Shown here one piece after another: positions 40,824 through 64,000 of a DNA stretch of 64,000 bases. Each line of letters begins with the position of its first letter. The stretch's first letter is position 1. Source of the DNA: Hormiphora californensis (lineage: Eukaryota > Animalia > Ctenophora); NCBI GenBank assembly GCA_020137815.1, contig CM035354.1, positions 4,216,001 through 4,280,000 on the forward strand, written 5' to 3'. Position numbers and translations under genes: made by a program. Below the pieces are notes generated by a model. It was not told where the DNA came from, ran no database searches, and was given only the letters and a program-made list of their open reading frames with translations.

Positions 40824-43800
40824 TCATTGAAGATACCGGTAGATGGATCGGAGTGCTGAGTTGGGTACAAACCGTTCCCCGTCAAAGAGGTCAAAGTACT
40901 TGCCAAGGTGACTGTGACTCACCTCACCCCTACACGGCACGAGGTTCTCCTGGGCTGCGTACCTGTGAGAGAGGAATATGGATGTTAGATATTACACATG
41001 TAAACACATGAAGAAAGTACAGTGATTAAGTTGGGGTAGTTAACACATGTTGGATAAATAATAAAGCAAATGGAGTGGGAGCTGTCTTTGTTAATGAGGT
41101 GTAAACAGTAGAAAACCTACAATGCTAATAACTAAAAGAGAGAAGGAACCTATCATAAAATAATCATAACTCTGTCTTCTCTCGCTCTTTCAATTACTGC
41201 ATCGCGGATCGCCTTGTTGAGTAAGTCTCCACCCCCTTATTCAACAATCATCGCCCCTTGTAATTGTTAGCCCTCCCCATATACCTGATACAGTGTAACA
41301 GTGTTACTCATTTCTTCCTATAATTTACCTGTTACTGTCGTTGTCGGCCAGTACATAGTAGAATGGCTGGTTATCTTGGAGTCTGAGACTTCCTACCCCC
41401 ATCTGTAACTGCCACTCGGCACTCTCCTGACACGTTTCATCCCAACCCCGGATAACACAGGTGTAGTTATACCTGCAGGGTTTAAAGGGGGTTAAGGGTA
41501 CGCTAACCAAAATTTTTTTTCGAGTGCAGGGAAATCTCTCACCGTAGGGTTGTAGGCCATACCAAGGAGACCTCAAATATGCAATTTTAGCCCTTAAGTC
41601 GAATTCATATTTTTGCTACAGCTGTTTAAAAAATGTCCTGAAAATACGTTTTTGGCATCTCAAAAATTTTTTTTCAAAGATAGGAGCATGAAAATTTGGG
41701 GATTTGAAGAGGACATGAAGGTGAATAACCACAAAAAATTTTTTTGCAATCCGAGCTGATTTCCGGTCCTGAGATGGATTTCTTTTTTTCCACTTTAACG
41801 CCCTATTTGGCAAAGTTCCGAAAACATGTGAAAGCTGTAAATTGGTGAAAAGTTGCGTCTAACGATTATCTAAGTGGCCATAAATTTTGGGCGTGTCCTT
41901 ATTTGAGATAAGCTGTACGGAGTTTTTTTTGTGAAAGCCGTCATTTCAGAAATAAATAAATTCCCTGTATCTCAAAAACGGCTGATCGTAGAGACCTGAG
42001 ACTATGCTTAAACGATTCAGAAGGTCCGATTTTGGGGGGGTCTTCTGAGAGACATTTTGCTCCTACTTCAACCGTTTTTGCTGTAATTGCGAAAAACAAT
42101 AACCCATCTTCGCCATCGTGGATTTTTTGTGATTTTGTTTTTGATGATTATAGGGACCCATATGGACCAAATAGTGAAGGAATTAGCTTGTTAAACATTT
42201 TTCCATAGTTTCGGTCCTTTCTTAGCTAAAATTCCCTAATTACAGGATATTGGAGTTTAGCTTTTGCCCTTTTCATAGAATTTGTTTTTCGCAATTACAG
42301 CAAAAACGGTTGAAGTAGGAGCAAAATGTCTCTCAGAAGACCCCCCCAAAATCGGACCTTCTGAATCGTTTAAGCATAGTCTCAGGTCTCTACGATCAGC
42401 CGTTTTTGAGATACAGGGAATTTATTTATTTCTGAAATGACGGCTTTCACAAAAAAAACTCCGTACAGCTTATCTCAAATAAGGACACGCCCAAAATTTA
42501 TGGCCACTTAGATAATCGTTAGACGCAACTTTTCACCAATTTACAGCTTTCACATGTTTTCGGAACTTTGCCAAATAGGGCGTTAAAGTGGAAAAAAAGA
42601 AATCCATCTCAGGACCGGAAATCAGCTCGGATTGCAAAAAAATTTTTTGTGGTTATTCACCTTCATGTCCTTTTCAAATCCCCAAATTTTCATGCTCCTA
42701 TCTTTGAAAAAAAAATTTTGAGATGCCAAAAACGTATTTTCAGGACATTTTTTAAACAGCTGTAGCAAAAATATGAATTCGACTTAAGGGCTAAAATTGC
42801 ATATTTGAGGTCTCCTTGGTATGGCCTACAACCCTACGGTGAGAGATTTCCCTGCACTCGAAAAAAAATTTTGGTTAGCGTACCCTTAATTATGGGGCAG
42901 GTGGCATGAAGGAATTATACAAGGGGGAGATGTGATATGATGAGGTGTCTAAGGTCACATAAATAATAAATTTGGGTGGGTATATTTTATCAGCTGCTGT
43001 CAGAGCATTGGCCTGGCTGACAGATCTGCAGCTACTTTTGTCTGCTACGAGTTATAGGACCTACCTTCTGTGAAGCATGACTTGTCCAATATTGAAAGTC
43101 ACGTGACTCGGCTTTACATCTTTTACAGTAAACCTCCGTTTCTGTCGTTCCCTCTCCTCCTCGATCTCTTTCTCGATATCGGAGGATAGAGGTCCCAAAA
43201 AGGGGCACCGGACCCCCAGTTTTAAGGCCACCTGTGTCAGTGAGTCCCTTGAGGCGAACTCAGGTTGTATCCTATGCAGTAGCTTGTAAAGATTGTACAT
43301 GAAGCTGAACCCCCGTCTGCCGTGACTAAAGTTAATTGCATTACGTAGTAACCTTGCCAGAACTTCCCAGGCAGTTGCCTCAGCGAAGTATGCCTCATTA
43401 TCGTTGATGGGCGCCATTGGGCACAGTTGAAGGCACCGGGCCCGGGTATAAATAGCACCCTTGTGGAAGGCATCCACGTACATGGTGTCCCCGGAAGTTG
43501 CCCTGAACCCGAGTAGAAAGTGCCGGGGGAAATTGGTTAACTGTAGGTGAACCCCCAACCTCCTCGCTACCTCATGGTATATGATCGACAGGGTGATCGG
43601 TATACCAGATTTGGATAGGAACACCTTATCTATCTGATTGTTCTCCACATTGTAGTAGTTGTCACTCTCACCCCGAAACTGCTCCTTTGTGAACATAGCC
43701 GTGTTGATGGCTGTTAGGACATCCTCAATAGTCGACTCTGGAGTCAGTAGGGCACGTGCTGACTCTGCTAAAGCTGCAACTCCCTCCCCCACAGGGTAGG

Positions 43801-44368
43801 GCTCTGGGGTGGGAGGGTCGAGGGAGCACGTTCCAAGCCACTGGGACACCGCCAGACTCCCTTCAAACACATTCCTGTTCTGATCAAGCGTGGTGAGGAT
43901 GTGAGCTTGGGATATGGCAGCCAGGAGATGTCGGGCATAGTGAACCCTGGTTAGGTCAGTAAACTCATTCTTCCGCTCCGTGTACACCAGTCTGGTGAGG
44001 TGGAGGGTAACGAGGTGTCGCGTGGTGGAATCCGAGAGACACTCCCTGACCATACCACTCTGATGATCAATATCAACCAGTAGAAAGGGAAGGTGGGTGA
44101 AGGAGAGTTCTGTTATGTACCGCTCACACCGCTGGATGATCTGGTAGCGACGCTTGAAAATCTCGAAACCTCTAAAACTCAAGGTCGGAATATCGTGGTC
44201 TCCTGGGAGGGCCAGCCTCCATCGTGCGAGCTGGGTCAACCATAACCTCCTGCTAGTTCGGACCAGGTCAAGGAGGGATTTCGAGGAGGAGGAGAGGGAG
44301 AGGAGGGAGGCGAGGGGAAGGTAGAGAAGTAGGTGGTCTAGTATCTCCACGGGTAACGACAGTAACAT
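40824..44368 (-). CDS. FBXO21: F-box only protein 21-like (F-box, transglutaminase-like SirB1 core, YccV domain), 3 exons, ~528 aa
   Basis: Exons 43065-44368, 41329-41472, 40824-40962 in frame; LLSLPVEILDHLLLYL F-box; GIPITLSIIY..VARRLG..NFPRHFLL; GQVMLHRRYNYTCVIRGWD; QPFYYVL; RYAAQENL. Confidence 0.92.
41496..42885. mobile_element. Long-TIR foldback element with TTAA TSD (Kolobok-like), in FBXO21 intron 1
   Basis: TTAA at 41492-95 and 42886-89; ~600-bp almost identical inverted arms around a ~190-bp spacer; related to 7474-9306. Confidence 0.9.
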
Positions 44369-45102
44369 GTTGGTGTTGTTAGCATCTTGATTTTCTGATG
44401 TAGGGCATATCGAGCTAGATAGGAGGATGTCAGGAGTTAGTGAGGGTGTTAGAAGGGTATTGGCCCAATACTATTGGGAAGGTGTTGGGAGTTAGTGACA
44501 ATATTAAATATTATACTAGGTCATGGGCGGGGCCAGACCCCGGTTTGGCAGTGCGCTAAGATCGGGTCGGCGCCGCCAGACAGGGAGAAAGGGGTTAGGT
44601 CAATAACGGGTCGGGCCCGAGGGTTATCGGGTTGAAGCATTGAAAACAGTAGTCATGGAAACTGGATACTACAATAACAGGCTTTGTACAGAAGTGATAA
44701 CAGATCAGAAAAAACACAAAATAAAACTGCTAATAGGTTAAATAAACTCTGAAGTTAAAATGTGGATTAGTGTTTGTTTGTTTGTTTATCGGGATACGGC
44801 TCTGGCTAGAAATGTGGCACCTTCCCTGTTTTACTTTTTGGCGCCGAAGATCCCATCTGGGCATTTGAGAATCAAATCGGGTTCTGACACCTTCCCTGTT
44901 TTATGAGTTCTGAACCAACTATAGTTGTCTTGTTCGACCCTTTCTCTCCGGTTAGAATCCTACACCAACCCCTCAAGGTTGGCACACCATATCCTTGTGT
45001 ATCCTACACCTCCCTTGTTCGACCATTTCTCTCCGGTTAGAATCCTAAACCTCCCATCAGCACCTCACCAACTAAGGTTGGCATAGCATATCTTTGTGTG
45101 TC

Positions 45103-48100
45103 CTACACCTCCATGAAAAAGTTGGAGGTGAATTCTGGGCTCTTCTGAATTATCTCCTCAAATTCCAGTGCCATTATCGTCCTAAAATACAATTTAATTG
45201 TAGGGTTGCGTAAAACTAAACTAAAATATATATGAGATAATTGAAGGATGGTTAGGTTTGGAACTTGGAACAACGGTCACCTTGACAACTGATTCTCATA
45301 ACCACCAAAATTAATGGGGCCCAACTAAACCCCAATTAACTCACTCATTTTCATCCAGATCACATTCCTTCAGAATGTTATCCACGATTCCATCCACATC
45401 CTCCGTCCTCATCCTATCTCCAGTTACCCTGTTAACCAGCTCCTCAAGATCTGTCCTATCTATCATCCCATCATCGTTAAAGTCATATATCTGGAGATGG
45501 TTGCCATGGTTAATAGAAAACATATACATTTCTGGAGATGCAATAGTTACCATGGTCACCAAGACGTTCCGGTTAACAGCTGAGGGGTTTTAGTGAGGGG
45601 GAGGGGGGTCTAACACAGTTGTATCGTACTGACCTTGAAGGCGTATGCTGATTTCAGGTCTTTGGGTGCTTCCAAGCTCATGACGGAGAGCATGTCCAGG
45701 TAGTCGCTAAAGGACATGTTACCAGAGTGGTCATCCGAGAATACCTGGGAGTAGGAAGAGGGGTTTAAGGGTTGTGACTATAGGTTATTCGGGGGGCCGG
45801 GTTATATTAGGGCAGAGACGAAGTGGTTAGAGGTTGAGGGTGACGGGGAGTAAAGGAAACGTGATTTATAGGAAGGGCAACAGTCGTCCTGCCATGACGC
45901 GATATGAGGGTCAGGTGTGATGTTGTCAAATGAGCTCTTTAAAGACCTTTTTAGTTATCTTCACCACGTCACGCTCGCCCCCTCCCCCACTGTGACATGG
46001 TCAATGATCATTGGTCGATCCGTTATGGAGGTAGTGGAACTACCACTACCGCTCAAATCTTGTTACTTACTCAATAACTCAAATCGGGATTCAGGTGGTT
46101 TTTGGCACCATAATACGTCAAAAAAGACAGGTGGGGGCATTTACTACTCATTCAAAATATTGTATTTTTAGTGAAACCATGGCCTTCCTTGCAAAATCTG
46201 GGGTTTTTTGGGCGACGCACCAAATATGGTCGACTGTCGATCACATATATCCGATTTCAAATTCTTGACCAGTTTTAAAAACGAGGGTTGAGGCGAAGAG
46301 GGTAGTCATTAGTGGGATAGGAGATGAGAGAGTTGAGAAAGAGAAGGGAAGAGAAGGGAAGATCTTGAGAATAAAAGGGAGAGAATTGAGAAAGATGTAT
46401 TTTTGCTACAGGTGTTCTCAATCTTTTGTCAGAAACAAATCTACACAGGTGGATCACACTATATAAAAAGATGGTCGTCCTCCCATCAACAACTAGTTAA
46501 CTCCTTTCTTGTACCAGTATATATATTGCTCATTGACCTCTCATTCTCTCCCGCAAAGTTCACAAAGGTGTGACATTTGCTGTGTCAGGATCTTTTCGCT
46601 GTGTGAATCCTATTGTAATTCTATAGCTCCATCAGGGACCAAGACTCGAAGTAGGATGTTGAGCCGCTAGTCCTCTTAGAATATCTCTAAAGAGAGGCAG
46701 CTGTTAGGATATCATTATATTGGTAGCCCTCTAACACCTGCCTTGGTCCTAATTCCTAGGTTCCTGAGTCTACTATAACAGAAGGAACCTAGGAATTAGG
46801 ATCAGGACAGGTGGTAGATAGAGGGCTACCAATAATATAATATCTTTACAACTATAAAGATTAATAGTTTCAACAAATTTGTAAAGAATTCTGCCGCCTT
46901 GTGTTCCTAATATATCTTGACTTGTTCCCCAGACTCTCTGGATTTACATTAGTAACTAACCTATAGAGGCTAGACGAGTACTATTACACCATCACTGCAA
47001 ACACCATTATAACCCCTAATACCCCCTCCCCCTATTCCTACACCCAGCTGCTAATACCCTAAAGCTGCTAAAAGAGAGGTCGAGGCGGTCATGTCCAAGT
47101 TCACCCCGCTAGCCAGCGACGTATAGGGTTGTGCCGTCGTACCGGAAGCGCCGTGCCCCGGTGATACCAGGGGCACGGAGAAGTTGCGAAAAAAAACCCC
47201 CTTCCCCTGTAGATCTAGAACACCATGGGCATGACGAATTCTACATTAGGTGCAGATACTGTCCCAACTGACACCTTTCCATTCCATTGTTACTTTGTGG
47301 TAACAATTCTACTGGTATACGGAGTCACAGGTACAGTGAAGTTAGCATCATGATTCAGCTCAGGATTAAGTTTGATCTTCAGTTCCCTCCCTGGGAATTA
47401 TCAAATATAAAATTCCACAGGAGTATTAGCTGGTATGATTGAAGCACACTATAACACTCCCTCTCTCCACCTCAGGTAATGCACTATTCCTAGCAGGCCT
47501 TCTCCACAAGAACGTTATCCGACTAGAACGGATATCTCGTATTATCATCACCAGCATTGCAGTGATGGATCTCTCCGGGATTGTCATCCTCTTCCTACCC
47601 GCACTGATAACTAAAATAGCGGGGAAGTGGGTGCTGGGTGATATGGTGTGTAAGATTCTCAGCAATTCCATCTATATTATTGTACTGGATAAAATATGGC
47701 TTGTTCTCGCTCTCTGTAGCTTCAGGTTAGAGTCACTTCATAATATTAGGTTGTCCAAGAAATAATGTCGCGAGCCGATTTCTCCAACTTAACTCAACAA
47801 TTTCGGTATACAACTTTTTCTAGCACCTTGATCTAACCCTTGTCTGTATATAACAAGTGTCTGTTTTGAAAAATTTGATTTTTGACATCCCTTGGTGAAC
47901 CCGGAAAAATTGCAAAAAATTTTGCCGCTGAACGAGATTTCCGTGCATGTTAAAAAAACTGTTATAGTTATTTAATCAAGCATCTGTAAGATTTTTAATG
48001 ACATCAAGCTTGTTTATTAGACAAATATCTATCTTTTGAGTGGTGAATGAAGTCACAGATCCAATTTGTCTCGGAGCTATGGAGCTCTGAAAAATTTTGG

Positions 48101-49854
48101 TCAAAATCGGAAATTGTCACTTCCGGGATACTTCATGTTTGATTGGATTGGTGAATGATAAATTTTTTGATGGTAATTAATAGTCCCAACTAAGCTTTTA
48201 ACCGTAGTAAAGTTAACTTTTGGCTTTGGTAAGGTTTTGAGGTGAAAAAATGCGGTTTTTTGAAAGTCCCGATTTTTGGGTCCAAAATCGAGGTAAAATT
48301 TTTCGTTTTTTCACTTTTTTGGGGTAGATTTACTAAGTTTGCCGTTTCCATAGAACGCGTCGAGACTAAAATCGCATGGGTACGATATCTTTGGACGATG
48401 GGCTATCGATTGACGCCATTTAGAGTTCTGGAAACTTAAATGGCTTCCTTCCAGCGACGTTTTAAAATTTGCAAAACTCCCGTTCAGCGGCAGAGCGACT
48501 TCCGGTGACAGATCACCCAAATACGGGCAATGAAAATATTAGTATGAAATTCTAAATGTGTTTTTCAGACGGGAAATTGTCTACTGAACAAGATAGAACG
48601 AGTTAAAAGTCGCTAACTCATGCATTTCTACAAAAAATCGTAAGGCGACATTATTTCCTGGACAACCTAATATATAACAACACTCCCTTCATTTCCTTCT
48701 TTGGCCTCTAAAATCTCGTCCTAATTCCTAAAACCCCCGTTTCCTCAGGTTATGGAGAGTTCAGCAGAGCACTCAGAAGCCCCTACCACCTGTAGTCCCC
48801 ATCACTATCGCCACCCTTCTCTCCATTTTCACCCTAACCCTCATCCTCGTGGAGATATTAATGGCGGGAGGGCAGGAACCTGTCCTTATCAGGCTCACCT
48901 GCAGCCCCGTCCTGGTGGAATGGAACTGCTACTTCTCCTCTGCAATCTTCCTCTCCCCCGTCCTGGGCATGATACCCCTCACCATCCTCATCAAGCGGGC
49001 CATCAAACATTCCAATAGGAGGGCCAACAAGAAGTGCAGGGCTGTCAGGAAACCACTCCTCATTCTGAGCGCGGTGTTGTTTCTGGAGGGTTTGACCCTT
49101 GTGCCCTACGCGGTATATGTCCTAATGAACTATCTCACGAAACTCAAGTCGGACACCCTGGACTTTCTCTACTTTACTGGACTTTACAGTATTGGGGTTA
49201 ACCTGTGTGGGCACAGTGCCACTTTCCTGATCGCTAACAGAGACCTCCGGAGGTTCATCATGCGAGGATTTAAAGTAGTGTGAACTGTGTGTTGAACTGT
49301 GTGAACTGTGTGATCAAAGTAGTGTGAACTGTGAGCTAAAAGTTGTGTGAACTGTGTGTGTTCAAAGTAGTGTGAACTGTGTGTGTTGAGTGTTCCAAGT
49401 GTGAACTGTGTGTGTTCAAAGTAGTGTGAAATGTATGTTCTTTCTTCCTAAAAAGTGACAATTGATAATTCTATACCTTGCATATTCTATCCTTAAACGG
49501 ATTATTTCTCAGCTCCTCCAGTAAGATTATCTCTTCATAGTCCAGTTTAAAATTGTAGTTTCCCTGAAGAAATGCAGCCTGTACCTTCAACTCACTCAAT
49601 CTCTCGAAACTGAAACACACATGTTAGAAAAATGTTAGAATTATATGTCAGGCAGATTTAATTCCCACAGAACTTGAACAGCAAATAATGAATTGAACCA
49701 GCGTGGGTTTCTGCCTCGCCCCCTCTAAGATCTAGTTTTTGAATTACCATTACCTCTTGTAAATGTGGATTATTTCTTTCCGTGTGAAGAATGTCTCCTC
49801 TTGGTATAACTCCATCTGTTTCTCGCTCATCGGTAGGGACTGTGACGAGCCCAT
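45103..49854 (-). CDS. Calcium- and integrin-binding (CIB) family EF-hand protein, 5 exons, 189 aa
   Basis: Exons 49754-49854, 49477-49609, 45634-45744, 45345-45490, 45103-45181 in frame; MGSSQS myristoylation motif; YQEETFFTRKEI; ELRNNPFKDRICKVFS; YAFKIYDFNDDGMID; KSPEFTSNF. Confidence 0.92.
46707..46843. repeat. ~140-bp imperfect palindrome (mini-foldback)
   Basis: Arms ATTATATTGGTAGCCCTCTA...TCCTAATTCCTAGGTTCCT / AGGAACCTAGGAATTAGGA...TAGAGGGCTACCAATATAAT. Confidence 0.75.
47225..49283 (+). CDS. Divergent rhodopsin-class GPCR nested antisense in CIB intron 2, 3 exons, ~296 aa
   Basis: Exons 47225-47330, 47476-47725, 48749-49283 in frame; N-glycosylation NST; TM1 GN; TM2 IAVMD; WVLGDMVC loop; SFR at the DRY position; seven hydrophobic segments. 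Confidence 0.82.
47746..48670. mobile_element. mariner-like MITE (TTAGGTTGTCC termini, TA TSD) in GPCR intron 2
   Basis: TIRs TTAGGTTGTCCA(A/G)GAAATAATGTCGC; TA at 47744-45 and 48671-72; similar length and internal motifs to 31818-32733. Confidence 0.88.
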
Positions 49855-50108
49855 TATATAGCTATGAGCACGTTTAAGGGGTTAGGAAAGTATTAAATGG
49901 AGGGAGGATGAGAGAAGACCAGAAAAGTACGGTTTGTTAGGAATATGATCAAAGTAAAAATCAATGAAATTGGTAAAATCCTGCCATTGCATTGTCTGAC
50001 TAACTCTCTCACTTTCGTGTGTTAAAACATGGCACGAACCGGAACCCACCCCCTCCAGACCCCACCCCCACCAGACCCCACACGAGCAGACTCTACTTCC
50101 CTCTATGA

Positions 50109-63268
<13,160 letters not shown>

Positions 63269-64000
63269 CTGGAGGGGAGGGGGATCAGCAATGAATATAT
63301 CTTGGTACACAAGTTTGTTTGCGGGGAGAGAGGGTCGAACAAGGCAAGACGAAGTGTGGATGATGAAGCATGCAAGCTCGGAGATCCTGTCAACAGAGAA
63401 CAACACACGCGCGCTCAGTCTTTGAGTATGCGCGTGAAACTGCGCCGAGATAGCCAGATTTGGAGTGTCGCGCCATCCGTCCAGGATGATCTTGAAATGG
63501 GACAAAGTTTTCAAAGGTGGCAATGAACGGCACTCCTAATCAAAAAACTGTCATTCGATTATCACCTAACCCAAAACTTGTCTCCTAATCAACACTATTG
63601 TAAATGGCTACAAACTTAAGTAAAGTTTACTAAATTTATCCTAAATTTTGCATAACCCTTAGTAAAACACAAGGTTTGTTTCTATCCGGTGTGAGTGATA
63701 CATAAACCGCTCTAATACAGCTATGGAGGGTTGTATAGAGTACTTTATGCATCAAACATTGATCGCTCGTCCCCACGATAGGCAGATCTGTTCCACATGA
63801 CATACGGTACCACTCGGCGTCCAGATGCGCCACCCCATCGGGGGCGAAGCACGCACTGTTGACACCAAATTCAAAACATGTTCAGGCTACAGTCCTCTAG
63901 AAACACAACGAAACACAGGCAACCCAAGGGCACTGTGTAATGACACAGCTTGCCATTCTTTTTGGATGATTTTACCACATTTTGGGTTTTCTGTAGATGG

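Noticed and set aside
47225-49283. GPCR as an opsin
   Set aside because: No lysine at the retinal-binding position in TM7 and no NPxxY.

Overview
Eukaryotic (animal) genomic DNA with many short GT-AG introns, abundant (GA)n microsatellites and one 100-N gap. The divergent metazoan genes and heavy gene nesting suggest an early-branching animal such as a ctenophore, which is inference only. Five multi-exon genes lie on the minus strand: a plexin (29070->1984), an AIMP2/JTV-1-like GST-fold protein, FBXO21, a CIB-family EF-hand protein and the 3' part of the NMD helicase DHX34. A small two-EF-hand gene lies on the plus strand. At least four further genes sit inside introns: an intronless ALG13 in the SAME orientation inside DHX34, two antisense three-finger (LU/Ly6-like) genes in other DHX34 introns, and an antisense rhodopsin-class GPCR in CIB. 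Introns carry many non-autonomous transposons whose ends could be resolved by eye: oligo-G/oligo-C-ended elements with 8-bp TSDs, TTAA-flanked long foldbacks, mariner-like MITEs, a head-to-tail Helitron-like dimer and a 5'-truncated RNase H LINE. The most striking unexplained pattern is that tandem repeats are repeatedly seeded exactly on splice sites and stop codons (about a dozen loci), giving arrays of up to ~50 decoy acceptors or 9 AG|GT donors. Other signals are splice acceptors a few nt upstream of most start codons (possible trans-splicing or operons) and many RFX X-box-like palindromes. The stretches ~9.4-12.1 kb and ~23.4-25.7 kb look like low-quality consensus. All exon coordinates were derived by hand and need RNA-seq confirmation.
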